DNA from: an uncultured virus (IMG/VR IMGVR_UViG_3300044568_002560) | Taxonomy: Duplodnaviria > Heunggongvirae > Uroviricota > Caudoviricetes > Ackermannviridae | DNA length: 64,000 nucleotides | IMG/VR virus record: IMGVR_UViG_3300044568_002560 | Strand: one strand, 5' to 3' | Program-made: the position numbers and the translations under genes | Notes under the pieces: model-generated | Seen by the model: only the letters and a program-made list of their open reading frames with translations | Told to the model about the DNA's origin: nothing | Database searches by the model: none | Shown here: one piece after another, positions 1-9,562 of the stretch | Position numbering within the stretch: the stretch's first letter is position 1 | How the letters are laid out: each line of letters begins with the position of its first letter

Positions 1-544
1 AGGGGATCAATCTGGTGGGAACATCACCTGGCCCGTAAATATAGCAAGGTCTGATCCAAGTCCAAGGTATTTGATTTTGTTGGCAAAATAGATTTGAAAT
101 ATTTTTGACTATACTTTTAGATAATCCATAACAAGAAATGGGTTTATCCTGATCGTCTTCTGTTGCTAGTTTGTTTATTGATCCGTATTCAGAAAAACTA
201 CCAACCCCAATGAATCTACAATCTTTCAATTCAGAAATAATTGACAATAATTCTATGGATCTTGGTATGTTGTTTTGATACTGATTTATGTCGTCTATGT
301 CTTTGTGTCTATTACCACCAACCCAAGCAAAATCCAAAACAAAATTTGGAGAAAAATTCAATATCTTTTCTTTGTGTGTGCTGTAACTATCTTGACATTT
401 GATAAATTCTATATCACACAAGATATCAGATATTCTGTCTGATTTTTTAGCCAAAACCATGACTTCATATCCCATATTGATAAATTGTCGGGCGGTATTA
501 GATCCCAAAAAACCATTACCGCCAGTTATTACAATTTTTTTCAT
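1..544 (-). CDS. NAD-dependent sugar epimerase/reductase (SDR family), truncated by window edge
   Basis: Manual translation from ATG at 544: MKKIVITGGNGFLGSN (Rossmann GxxGxxG), GSFSEYG, YGLSK (YxxxK), RPCYIYGPGD. TAATG overlap with the upstream gene. Confidence 0.9.
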   Translation of the reverse strand, partial: MKKIVITGGNGFLGSNTARQFINMGYEVMVLAKKSDRISDILCDIEFIKCQDSYSTHKEKILNFSPNFVLDFAWVGGNRHKDIDDINQYQNNIPRSIELLSIISELKDCRFIGVGSFSEYGSINKLATEDDQDKPISCYGLSKSIVKNISNLFCQQNQIPWTWIRPCYIYGPGDVPTRLIP

Positions 545-1335
545 TAGTGAATAAACTCAATATGTGTATCAATCTGTTCATATTTGATATCAGGATTTAC
601 CATCAACACATAACCAGACACATTACTAGCAGTTATGATTATTTCGTCGCAATTTGCCAACGAGGCTGCATCTGTCATAACATCTATTGCTAGTTTTTCT
701 TTGGATGGAAAATTGCTATAATGTATACTCTGCATATTGTCACTTCTTTTTATTTCTTGATTTGTAAATACGCGACTTCCGTATCTACGCTCAAATGCAC
801 TTACTATTTTATTTTCGTCTGTTGCTAAAAACAAATTATCATAGTGACCATTCAGCCGTTGGTCTATTTTGTTAAAATAGTATTCTAGAGGCAATAATTT
901 ACCATGCCTACTGTGATCTGTTCCTCTTACATGAACCCCTAAACTGTTTTGTTTTTTAGATGAAGCAGCATTGCAAGATTTGTAAATTTCATTATCAAAA
1001 TAATTATAGAATCGCAATACGGCATTCATCTTTCTATACACTTCTATTGGAGTTATAAAATTGAAAAAATGAACGCCTAATTGTACTGTTGTGTGAATCT
1101 TATCGAATACTATTTCATTAGAATCTGCTGACTTTTTCTTTAATCTTTCTTCTATGTTTTGTTTGAAAAAATATTTATCGAATAGATTTTCTGGGGTTTC
1201 CTGATAAAGAGGATTGGTCCAATGAAAGTAAAAATTATCTATTTTAGAATCATACAGGTGATTCAGACTTCCAACAATCAGGTTGAAATTGGAAAAAAAA
1301 CCTTCTGGTCTATTCTCTATTATAAGATGATTCAT
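544..1335 (-). CDS. NodZ/O-fucosyltransferase-like glycosyltransferase (GT-B)
   Basis: EGFFSNF N-terminal motif, GVHVRGTDH, LFLATDE and SNVS motifs typical of GT11/GT23-like fucosyltransferases. Confidence 0.75.
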   Translation of the reverse strand: MNHLIIENRPEGFFSNFNLIVGSLNHLYDSKIDNFYFHWTNPLYQETPENLFDKYFFKQNIEERLKKKSADSNEIVFDKIHTTVQLGVHFFNFITPIEVYRKMNAVLRFYNYFDNEIYKSCNAASSKKQNSLGVHVRGTDHSRHGKLLPLEYYFNKIDQRLNGHYDNLFLATDENKIVSAFERRYGSRVFTNQEIKRSDNMQSIHYSNFPSKEKLAIDVMTDAASLANCDEIIITASNVSGYVLMVNPDIKYEQIDTHIEFIH

Positions 1336-1344
1336 CAGTTTTTC

Positions 1345-2046
1345 TCACAAATGGTTAGCAAATTTATCACGCAACAAGTTGATTCTATCGTGGTTGGTGC
1401 ATCCTGTCAAGTGTGCCAAAAAACAATCATCACTCCACGGAGACACAATCCCTGTTCTGTTGTTGTCTGCTTTCCATGTTGGAGTTTCTGTTATGAAACT
1501 AGGAACAGCATTTAGAAATCTATGCTCTAGTGACTTCATCGTATTTTTTAGATTAGTATTTTTTTGCATATAATTCAGCACTTCCTGCTCTTGCATCAAA
1601 CGACCACTACATTGCTTTCCTATTTGCAAGAAAATATCGAACAGTTGATCGAATTCATTTGTTCGTTGGATTATAAAATTTCCAGTACTGAATGATTCTT
1701 TCCATGCCCAATCGTAAGAAGCACAGAACGAGTTATCTTCTATTGGAAAATCAGTTATTGGCATATGATTGGTGATTATAGAGTCCGCATCTATCCACAT
1801 CACAATATCATAGTATCTCAACATCTCAAATGTTCTTGTTGCTTTCAAAAAACCTATATCAGTATCTTTGAATCCATAAACATCACCATTTCCAAAAGAT
1901 CGCAATGCCAAAAGGTCATATCCGTATTTCTTGGAGTATCTCTGTTTTGATGGTAATGTTAAATCAAATACCTCTTCCATTGTGTTGTCATTTGAATTTG
2001 AAGGATCATTTGTTGTCCCAGTTAGCACTAAAACTCTTTTGTTCAT
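1345..2046 (-). CDS. GT34/MNN10-like glycosyltransferase
   Basis: YSKKYGYD, MWIDADSII (DxD), STGNFII, QEQEVLN, FLAHLTG. Confidence 0.75.
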   Translation of the reverse strand: MNKRVLVLTGTTNDPSNSNDNTMEEVFDLTLPSKQRYSKKYGYDLLALRSFGNGDVYGFKDTDIGFLKATRTFEMLRYYDIVMWIDADSIITNHMPITDFPIEDNSFCASYDWAWKESFSTGNFIIQRTNEFDQLFDIFLQIGKQCSGRLMQEQEVLNYMQKNTNLKNTMKSLEHRFLNAVPSFITETPTWKADNNRTGIVSPWSDDCFLAHLTGCTNHDRINLLRDKFANHL

Positions 2047-3359
2047 TTTCTAATTCCTTCAAAAAAACCATCCAACACCTTTTCAATGTAATCCAAATGC
2101 TCATCTGTTATCACAGGACTTGTGCCCAAGAAGAATGTATCTGTTGTTACTTTTCGTGCATTTGGAAAATCAGAAATAACCTTGCTTGCATCCATCATAC
2201 CTTCGTATGCGGGCTGAAGCATTATGTTTCCTGCAAAGTACGGTCGTGTTTGAATCTTGTGGTTTTCAAAATGCTCCACAATATCTATTCGTTTGAATGG
2301 ACTTCCGTCCTTGATTGTTACAGCAAAAGCAAACCAAGCAGGATCAGAGCCTTCAGTTGCTTTTGGTAAAACAAAATAGTCTTCATACATTGCAAATATA
2401 TTGCACAGGCGTGCGTGATTGTGCTTTCTCATCTCAATGATTCTTGGAAGTTTCTTGAGTTGAGCAAGACCCATTCCTGCTTGCAAATCTGTTGGCTTCA
2501 GATTGTAACCAATCTCATCGTACACATACTTGTGATCGAATATCTCATCAGGTAGTGCAGGCAACCAATTAGAAAATCTATTCTTGCAAGTTCCATTCTT
2601 TAGTAGATTTGCTTTTTGCCCAACGCAATAACACCCTCTTCCCCATTCCCTAAAACTTCGTGCAACGGTTTCCTGTTGGTGTGTCTTGCAAGCAACAAAA
2701 CCGCCCTCACCCATCGTGATGTGGTGAGCAGGATAGAATGAGCATGACGCAAACTCTCCATAACTTCCCAAAGCCTGTCCCTTATATGAGGAACCCAATG
2801 CGTCACAGCAGTCTTCCAAAAAGATCAAACCGTATTGATTCACGATATCCATCAGCCTGTCCATGTTTGGAGGATTCCCCAAAACATGGGCAAAGGTGAT
2901 AACCTTGCACCCCTGCTTTGCCTTTTCTTCCACTTGATCCAAATTAAGATTCAAAGTGTCTAGATCAATATCCACAAACTCTGGAGTGAATCCAACTTGA
3001 AATATTGGGTTGATTGTTGTTGGAAATCCTGCAATAGGTGTAATAACCTTTGTGCCTTTAGGCAGATTATACAGCCGCTTGGAAGCAAGAGCAGACATCA
3101 TTATGAGATTGGAACTGCTGCCGCTATTTGTAAGGATACCAAACTGCTTTCCCATAAGTTTGGGAAACAGAGTTTCAAATCTGATACCGTTTTCTCCCAG
3201 CACCAGCCAACCCTTCAACAAGGCTTTGGCAGATTCGGTATACTCTTCAGAATCAAAATACGGACCAGCATATTGAACCCAATCAACACCAGCCGTCCAT
3301 TGCTTGGTGGATGTTTTCTTGTCTGCGTACTCTGCTATTAGTTTTAGAATTTCTTCCAT
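2043..3359 (-). CDS. rfbH: CDP-4-keto-6-deoxyglucose 3-dehydrase (RfbH/DdhC, PMP and Fe-S dependent)
   Basis: TNSGSSSNL, EDCCDALG, SFYPAHHITMGEGG (His instead of the aminotransferase Lys), WGRGCYC, DHKYVY. Start placed at the TAATG overlap (3359). Confidence 0.93.
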   Translation of the reverse strand: MEEILKLIAEYADKKTSTKQWTAGVDWVQYAGPYFDSEEYTESAKALLKGWLVLGENGIRFETLFPKLMGKQFGILTNSGSSSNLIMMSALASKRLYNLPKGTKVITPIAGFPTTINPIFQVGFTPEFVDIDLDTLNLNLDQVEEKAKQGCKVITFAHVLGNPPNMDRLMDIVNQYGLIFLEDCCDALGSSYKGQALGSYGEFASCSFYPAHHITMGEGGFVACKTHQQETVARSFREWGRGCYCVGQKANLLKNGTCKNRFSNWLPALPDEIFDHKYVYDEIGYNLKPTDLQAGMGLAQLKKLPRIIEMRKHNHARLCNIFAMYEDYFVLPKATEGSDPAWFAFAVTIKDGSPFKRIDIVEHFENHKIQTRPYFAGNIMLQPAYEGMMDASKVISDFPNARKVTTDTFFLGTSPVITDEHLDYIEKVLDGFFEGIRK

Positions 3360-4192
3360 TAGTGTATTTCCATACCCCAATCATTCAAATTTGGGATATT
3401 AAACTCCTTGATTTTGTCCTTGATGAACTTGTATTTGTAACTTGATTTGATGTCTTGATCTGAATACACATCATACCTGATCTTCAACGGAAAGTCAAAT
3501 GCAGAATACTCCCATTGGAAATTTGCAACAGATTCGTCATATGCTGTGGGTGGTATTGTTTCTGCTTTGTACTTGTTTTTTGTTATATAATCGTTGATTT
3601 TCCAAAAGTATTGCTTTACCGCAACTGTTGGCTTATCTAACCATTGTGCGTGTGCAATAAACAGATGCGGAACATCAATTACTCCGTGTTTTCCGGGATA
3701 TGGGATGTGTTCAGAGTGCATCTGTGCAGGTCTAAATGTTGCTCTTTTACTATACGAGCCAACACGATCTTTGTAATTAACCTTCCAAGGCCCATCCACT
3801 CTGATTTGATTTTTATCTGTATACTGTATCCATCTCAAATAAATTATCGTATCTTTGTTGTTTTCTAGTATACTTTCCAATTCTGCTTTTTCTATATTGC
3901 CATCCAAATATTCATCGGTGTCTAGGCATATGATATTTCCAGAATGCTTAAGTGCCTCATCGTATAGTCTTTGTCTTGTTGTTGCTTCGTTTGAAAGTTC
4001 TGTGTCTGTGAGATTACTAGGCAACACATTGAGTATGTTGTATTTTTCTTTATTTTCCATCAGGTACTCGTAAGTACCATCTGTTGATCGGTCATCCATA
4101 AAAATAAAGGCATCTGCATATTTTTGCCAATGCGGCATCATCTCTTTGATGAGAAACAACTCGTTTCGTGTCATCGTGATCTGAACGATCAT
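3359..4192 (-). CDS. GT2-like (GT-A) glycosyltransferase
   Basis: MTRNE, FMDDRSTDGT, ICLDTDEY (DxD). Start trimmed to ATG at 4192. Confidence 0.8.
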   Translation of the reverse strand: MIVQITMTRNELFLIKEMMPHWQKYADAFIFMDDRSTDGTYEYLMENKEKYNILNVLPSNLTDTELSNEATTRQRLYDEALKHSGNIICLDTDEYLDGNIEKAELESILENNKDTIIYLRWIQYTDKNQIRVDGPWKVNYKDRVGSYSKRATFRPAQMHSEHIPYPGKHGVIDVPHLFIAHAQWLDKPTVAVKQYFWKINDYITKNKYKAETIPPTAYDESVANFQWEYSAFDFPLKIRYDVYSDQDIKSSYKYKFIKDKIKEFNIPNLNDWGMEIH

Positions 4193-4193
4193 A

Positions 4194-4895
4194 TTACTTC
4201 TTTTCTCCAAACATAACATCCATATCAAAACCACGAGCCAATCGGGCTTCGTATACCTTTTGATCTATACTGTACATGTCCCTGTTTTCGTTTCGTGCAT
4301 GAAGAGTATCAAATGGTTCTGGTGTCCATTCGTGTTTGATTATGCACAAATCACACTTTGCAAGTTTTCCTAAAGACGCGCACACCTGTGTTTGCTCATT
4401 ATCGCAATACAATGATGTGTATTCAGGATTATAGATGTATCCAAACTGCTTGTATAGGGGAAACCCCATAACGGTAAGCGTCATCAACGAATCGTTTATG
4501 TCACGCAATCCGTCCCAAAACTTGATGGCTCCATCAAAATCGGGAAATGCTTGCTCAAAGCACTTCACAATTACATCATCATATGACATCTGAACAGGAA
4601 CCATATCATCTGAAGCCAACAACAAAATATCGCCGTATTCGCCTTCCATATCTGCGTTACAGGCTTGAATCTTGCTCTTGGAGTACCCGTAGCAATACTT
4701 GATATCCACAGACTTCTTTTGCGTCTCAAACCACTCACGCATGGCATCGTTGTTCATGGTTGCGTCATCGGCATCCATACTGACAACAAAACGCACATCA
4801 TGCCGCCCACTCAGGAAGGTCATGTAGCGTGTAAACACAGACTTAAACTTTTCGGGTCGGTTCCGCGTTGGGAACTTTATCACGAGTCGGCTCAT
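4194..4895 (-). CDS. GT-A fold glycosyltransferase
   Basis: KFPTRNRP, LLASDDMVP, YTSLYCDNE, IIKHEW; lies in the GT cluster. Confidence 0.75.
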   Translation of the reverse strand: MSRLVIKFPTRNRPEKFKSVFTRYMTFLSGRHDVRFVVSMDADDATMNNDAMREWFETQKKSVDIKYCYGYSKSKIQACNADMEGEYGDILLLASDDMVPVQMSYDDVIVKCFEQAFPDFDGAIKFWDGLRDINDSLMTLTVMGFPLYKQFGYIYNPEYTSLYCDNEQTQVCASLGKLAKCDLCIIKHEWTPEPFDTLHARNENRDMYSIDQKVYEARLARGFDMDVMFGEKK

Positions 4896-4912
4896 TACGA
4901 ATATCTCCTTTT

Positions 4913-5359
4913 TCAGTCTTCAGATTCGGGCTTGTGTCCCGGTTTGCTCCGTCCTATGTGGTATTTAGGGCAGAGTTCCCACTCGCCCTTTTCTTTATGG
5001 GGCAGAATCTTTATTTTGTTCAGGGGCACTTTGTCCACAATCTTTTCTTTGTTTACAATCTTGAGCAGCCCCCACTCTTCTAGCAGACACGCAATAGTGT
5101 TGCGCCGCCCAATGTCTTCGCTGTCAATAGAGGTGGGCAGATCATCAAGTGCAAACATTTCCTTGAAGTGAACAATGTAGTACTTGCCACGCTTGTGAAG
5201 AATATGGCAGGACTGCCACAACTTCTTTTCTTTGCGAGACGACACCCCGATACGGGTCAGGGTTTCACGAACCTTGAGGAAGTCATCAGGCTTTGCAATG
5301 GTGACTTCTAGCAGATCTTTGGGTTCAAGATCAATATACCGTTCGTTGTTTTGTTCCAT
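4913..5359 (-). CDS. regA: Translational repressor RegA
   Basis: DDFLKVRETLTRIGVSSRKEKKLWQSCHILHKRGKYYIVHFKEMFALD. Confidence 0.97.
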   Translation of the reverse strand: MEQNNERYIDLEPKDLLEVTIAKPDDFLKVRETLTRIGVSSRKEKKLWQSCHILHKRGKYYIVHFKEMFALDDLPTSIDSEDIGRRNTIACLLEEWGLLKIVNKEKIVDKVPLNKIKILPHKEKGEWELCPKYHIGRSKPGHKPESED

Positions 5360-5407
5360 GCCTATTCCACTTTCTTAAAAAATATCGACACGGAACTATT
5401 TAGAAGA

Positions 5408-5794
5408 TTACGGCTTTCCACCCTTGGAAACGGCATCCATAATTTGTGAAACTTGTTTCTCGGTCAGAACAGTCAGGGCTTCCCGTGCCTTCTTGGCAGA
5501 GAACCCGTAGTACTCAATCAGGGCTTGCACCCGCTCGTCATTCTCCCGCTTGAGCCACTTGGAGAACCGCTTACGCTTTCGCACCGCTCCCCGCAGAAAG
5601 TCAAAGTGCATCTTGGGATCAATGTGGGCACGGGTATTCATCTCGTTCACGGCAAACAGCGTATCAGGAAAATACGAGAGACACCGACCCACCACAAACG
5701 GTGGATACGACGGCTTGCCCCATTCAGGGGTGTCCATCAACGGCTCCTTGGTTTCGTTGATGGCTTTCAAATAATCAGACAGTTGGTGGCTCAC
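5408..5794 (-). CDS. 62: Clamp loader small subunit gp62
   Basis: YPPFVVGRCLSYFPDTLFAVNEMN, RKRFSKW, EYYGFS; probable GTG start overlapping the gp44 stop. Confidence 0.92.
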   Translation of the reverse strand: MSHQLSDYLKAINETKEPLMDTPEWGKPSYPPFVVGRCLSYFPDTLFAVNEMNTRAHIDPKMHFDFLRGAVRKRKRFSKWLKRENDERVQALIEYYGFSAKKAREALTVLTEKQVSQIMDAVSKGGKP

Positions 5795-6756
5795 TTGAAC
5801 TTGCACTCCATCATTAGTTGCACCATGCAAGCAGTCAGGTTGATCTCTGCGTCTGCTGCAAACGCTGCCTTGTATTGGTAGTCTGCAAGCACAAGAATGG
5901 CTTGGGGAATAGAGCCACTTTCCAAAGACTCATACAGCCCGTCGTAAACTGCACGGAACACACGAGTTGCGTCGTTATCCAAGTTGTCCACCACCCACTT
6001 ACGGACTCCTGGAAAATCCTTGGTCTTCATGCTCTTGACCAATTCTTTGATTTGAACTTCAGCAATAGAATTCAGGATGCCCACATCAATCTTGCCGCAA
6101 GACGAATACCGCTGTAGTTCATTCAGAGTACGGCGGAAGTCAGGGAAGTACTTGCCCACCAATTGAGCAACCACCTTCTGATCGTATTCAATGCCTTCCC
6201 GCTTTAGAATATCCTCGGCTCGCTTCAGGAAACGAACAGCAAGTTTAGCCTTTTCCTTGTTGGGAATACGGAAATCAATACAGGTACACCGCGAGTGCAA
6301 CGGCTCAATCACCCTGTTCTTGAAATTACAGGTCAGGATGAAACGGCAGTTGGACGCAAACTCTTCAATGAAACCGCGAAGGGCAGGTTGAGTAGACTGT
6401 GCATTAGAGTAGTCAAACTCATCAAGAATAACCACCTTCTTTACGCCATCGGTAAGGGATATCGTGGACGCAAAACTGCGAATCTTGGTGCGGAGGGTAT
6501 CAATATTACCGTCTTCCGAACAGTTAATCATCATCCAATCACAACCAAGATCGTTACACAGTGCCTTTGCCACAGAGGTCTTGCCACAGCCTGCTCCTCC
6601 TGAAAGGAGTAGATTCTGCGGTTCATTACGCTGCACCATAGTGCTGAAAGCGTCCTGTGTATCCTGCGGCAAGATACAGTCCCCCACGCTCTGCGGACGG
6701 TATCGCTCAACCCACAAACCCTTCACGGCTTCATTAGTGTTCATTTTGCCTTTCAA
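5791..6756 (-). CDS. 44: Clamp loader large subunit gp44 (AAA+)
   Basis: LWVERYRP, GGAGCGKT, ILDEFD, LHSRC, FPDFRR. Confidence 0.97.
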   Translation of the reverse strand: MKGKMNTNEAVKGLWVERYRPQSVGDCILPQDTQDAFSTMVQRNEPQNLLLSGGAGCGKTSVAKALCNDLGCDWMMINCSEDGNIDTLRTKIRSFASTISLTDGVKKVVILDEFDYSNAQSTQPALRGFIEEFASNCRFILTCNFKNRVIEPLHSRCTCIDFRIPNKEKAKLAVRFLKRAEDILKREGIEYDQKVVAQLVGKYFPDFRRTLNELQRYSSCGKIDVGILNSIAEVQIKELVKSMKTKDFPGVRKWVVDNLDNDATRVFRAVYDGLYESLESGSIPQAILVLADYQYKAAFAADAEINLTACMVQLMMECKFK

Positions 6757-7454
6757 GCAGTGTACGAAGAATCAGCGTGAACAGCAATCCAATAGGTCAG
6801 CGGCTCGTTCTTGTTAGAGAACTTGCTTACCACCTTCTCGGAAATCTCCACCTGATAGTCACCGGGAAGAATCTTGAGATTCTCCACATCAAAAATAAAT
6901 TGGAAATCGGCAGTACCCTCGTAGTCGCCCACGATGATGGAGTACTGATTGGAAGTCACATCACTCTTGTCACGCGCCACAATCTCCACATGCTTGCCGT
7001 CTTCGGTGGGCTGAACAAAAAGGTTTTGCACCTGAAGCACGGACGCTGCCTTGAGGAGTTCAGAGAAGTCCTTTGCCTTCAGCGTGAAAGACACAACTGC
7101 CTTGGGCATACTAACCTTCTTGTTTGTGGACATGACCAACTTGGGATCGCAGTAGTAATACTTGAGTCCCGAGTTGCCGTTCTTGATAGTGATATAGTTC
7201 TGTTCAAAAATAAATTCAGGGTCTTTGAACAGACTCACCGTGCCAAGAAACTTGTTCAAATCCCAAATTGAGAACTGTCGCCCAAAGGTTTCATCCACCT
7301 TGGCTTCAGCCACAATGGTCTTGGTGTTGGAGAGAGTACTAATCGTATTCCCTTCGTTCACCAAAATACCGGGATTGATTGCTGCAAAGTTCTTGAGAAT
7401 ATCAAGAGTTCGCTTGCTGATCTTCATGCTTTCAGTCTTCGTCGCCATAGTCAT
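6753..7454 (-). CDS. 45: Sliding clamp gp45
   Basis: MKISKRTLDILKNFAAIN, IWDLNKFL, LKILPGDY, YWIA; synteny with gp44/62. Confidence 0.95.
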   Translation of the reverse strand: MTMATKTESMKISKRTLDILKNFAAINPGILVNEGNTISTLSNTKTIVAEAKVDETFGRQFSIWDLNKFLGTVSLFKDPEFIFEQNYITIKNGNSGLKYYYCDPKLVMSTNKKVSMPKAVVSFTLKAKDFSELLKAASVLQVQNLFVQPTEDGKHVEIVARDKSDVTSNQYSIIVGDYEGTADFQFIFDVENLKILPGDYQVEISEKVVSKFSNKNEPLTYWIAVHADSSYTA

Positions 7455-7608
7455 CGTGTCGTCCCTTTCTTCCTGAATTTATATCGTCCACCCAATTACG
7501 CAAGTTCTGACGCTCTTCGTGTCGCCGCCCACGCTTCTTCTTGTTGGCAGATGTCTTTCGTGCCTTTCTTGCTGAACGATCCATATCGTCCCAATTACGA
7601 TTCTCCAT
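7432..7608 (-). CDS. Small basic/acidic hypothetical protein (58 aa)
   Basis: Manual ORF MENRNWDDMDRSARKARK...DDYGDED fills the rnh-gp45 gap with a TGATG overlap. Confidence 0.65.
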   Translation of the reverse strand: MENRNWDDMDRSARKARKTSANKKKRGRRHEERQNLRNWVDDINSGRKGRHDDYGDED

Positions 7609-8462
7609 CAAAAGTCTCCTATATCTGAAATGAGGTTCTTGAGTCCTTTGCTAATCATGTAGTTTAAAATCTTTGAACGATTAGCAGTAAACGGTTTTCG
7701 CCACTCCTCCATGATACGCTCTTGGTACTCTTGGGGAATGCACAGATGCGAGATGAGAGTCTCGTTTCTGTTCCAATTGGCTGCAACGGCATCGGGAACC
7801 TTGCCGCTTTCAGCCCAAGACTTTTCCAATTCTTCAAGACGCTTACGGGTAATGGGCTTTTGCCGCTTGCCGTCCGTCACGAAGCAGTCGTCTTCCGACA
7901 ACACATTAGGCACACCGTCTGAAGAATCACCCTTCACGATATGCTCAAACAGGTAACTCTTTGGATTATCAACCGTTACAAACTTCTTCTGCATGGGCGA
8001 GTACTGCTGCACTCCGTTGTAGATTTGCAGTTGCCCAAAGTCTTTGTCTCCACTCAAGATCATAACAGGTTCCTGCCCGTGCAGGTTTCGTGTAAGCACA
8101 GCAATCACATCGTCCGCTTCGCACCCTCTCACGGATATATTCCGATACGGGAACACTTCACGCACTTCTGTGCGAACGGTGTCCATGATTTCATAGAATC
8201 GCTTCCACATATCAGGATTGTCTTTACGAGACTCACGACGCGCAGCCTTGTATAGCGGAAAGAACTTGCGTCGCCAAGAGTACTCACCGCCCTGCCCTTC
8301 TTGGCACAGGACAAGTTCGCCGTACTCCTTGCCGAACCGCTTGCGGTACATTCGGTAAGTGTTCAGCACCATATGACGAATCAGCGACTCGTCGGTGTAG
8401 TCCAAGTCCCGTTGTGCAAACAGGGACGACATAATCACTTGGCTGTTGTCTACGAGAATCAT
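7608..8462 (-). CDS. rnh: T4-like RNase H (5'-3' exonuclease)
   Basis: MILVDNSQ, SWRRKFFPLYKA, EADDVIA, SGDKDFGQL, GDSSDGVPN. Confidence 0.95.
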   Translation of the reverse strand: MILVDNSQVIMSSLFAQRDLDYTDESLIRHMVLNTYRMYRKRFGKEYGELVLCQEGQGGEYSWRRKFFPLYKAARRESRKDNPDMWKRFYEIMDTVRTEVREVFPYRNISVRGCEADDVIAVLTRNLHGQEPVMILSGDKDFGQLQIYNGVQQYSPMQKKFVTVDNPKSYLFEHIVKGDSSDGVPNVLSEDDCFVTDGKRQKPITRKRLEELEKSWAESGKVPDAVAANWNRNETLISHLCIPQEYQERIMEEWRKPFTANRSKILNYMISKGLKNLISDIGDF

Positions 8463-9562
8463 AGAGTCTTTAGCAACAAGCAGTGCTTGTTGATCCTTCC
8501 TGTTGGAGCCGCAGTCTTGGTCTTCATGTCTTCAAGTGCCTTGAGCATTCCCGCTGTCTTCTTCATCCACTCTTCCCACTTACGCACAGTCTTTTCATAA
8601 GACTTGGACACATCCCATCCTGTAATGGTAGACCCCTTGATACTCAACCCTGCTTTGGGTTCAGCGGCAACGAATACAGTAGCCTTGTGGTTCTTGGTGT
8701 TAAACACAACGAGTCCTTGAGCACCAATAATACCACGAGGGTCAACAGACTGCAAGCCGTTCCCCCCCTTTTGGCAATACTTTAAACCCTTGACCAATTT
8801 TTCAGGATTTGCTTTGCGGGGTTTGCGTGGCTTACGGGTAGTTGCCATGCCGCCAATTTTTGTATTTACAGCGTCCACGGCTTGTTCTAATATTTCAATT
8901 AACCGCTTCTGCACAGGTCTTTTCAAATATGAATACCCCTCAACCAAATCAGGATCGGTCTTGGAGTACGCTGCCTGCATTTCCCCAACAGCAGTTTGCA
9001 GCCTTTCCTTGACAATGAGTGCCGTTGGGCGGGTCATGGTCTTGGAAGCGATCCACGGGGCTATAGAGGGCTTGTATCGCTTGCTGCCTGCCTGTGAGAA
9101 CGCCTCGTCAATCAGCGGTTCCAGTTCTGTAAGGGTATCGTCAGCCTTGGCACGAAGACGATCTTGAATATTGGGAGCATCGTCATCCGCAGGAGCGGCA
9201 GACCGTGCTTCTGTCAACAGGTCTTCAATGTATTTTTGAATTGTGGCTTGCTGCTCTGTTGTCCACTGGTAGCCCCGTGTCTCCATACGGCAGTACGGGC
9301 ACACCAATCGCAGACTGCTCTTGGACGCACGAGACACCAACCGCGCATCGTCCTTGCGTCCATTGGTCTTTAGCCACTCGCTGATCCACTCCTTTGCATT
9401 GGAAGGGGAGAATGACTGTCTATAGAAGTACATTCCCCGATCCCATGCTCGGGCACGGGCTTCGTCTGATGCAAAGTCTTCAGGAGTGAATAGCGGCTCA
9501 TTGCCACCGTTCAAGATGCGCTGTACTCGTTCTTTGGATAGTTTCTTGCTCATGGTGTGCAT
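8459..9562 (-). CDS. Conserved T4-like hypothetical protein
   Basis: Long ORF with DLVEGYSYL, RKPRK and GLSIKGSTI motifs that I recall from environmental T4-like phages; function unknown. Confidence 0.7.
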   Translation of the reverse strand: MHTMSKKLSKERVQRILNGGNEPLFTPEDFASDEARARAWDRGMYFYRQSFSPSNAKEWISEWLKTNGRKDDARLVSRASKSSLRLVCPYCRMETRGYQWTTEQQATIQKYIEDLLTEARSAAPADDDAPNIQDRLRAKADDTLTELEPLIDEAFSQAGSKRYKPSIAPWIASKTMTRPTALIVKERLQTAVGEMQAAYSKTDPDLVEGYSYLKRPVQKRLIEILEQAVDAVNTKIGGMATTRKPRKPRKANPEKLVKGLKYCQKGGNGLQSVDPRGIIGAQGLVVFNTKNHKATVFVAAEPKAGLSIKGSTITGWDVSKSYEKTVRKWEEWMKKTAGMLKALEDMKTKTAAPTGRINKHCLLLKTL

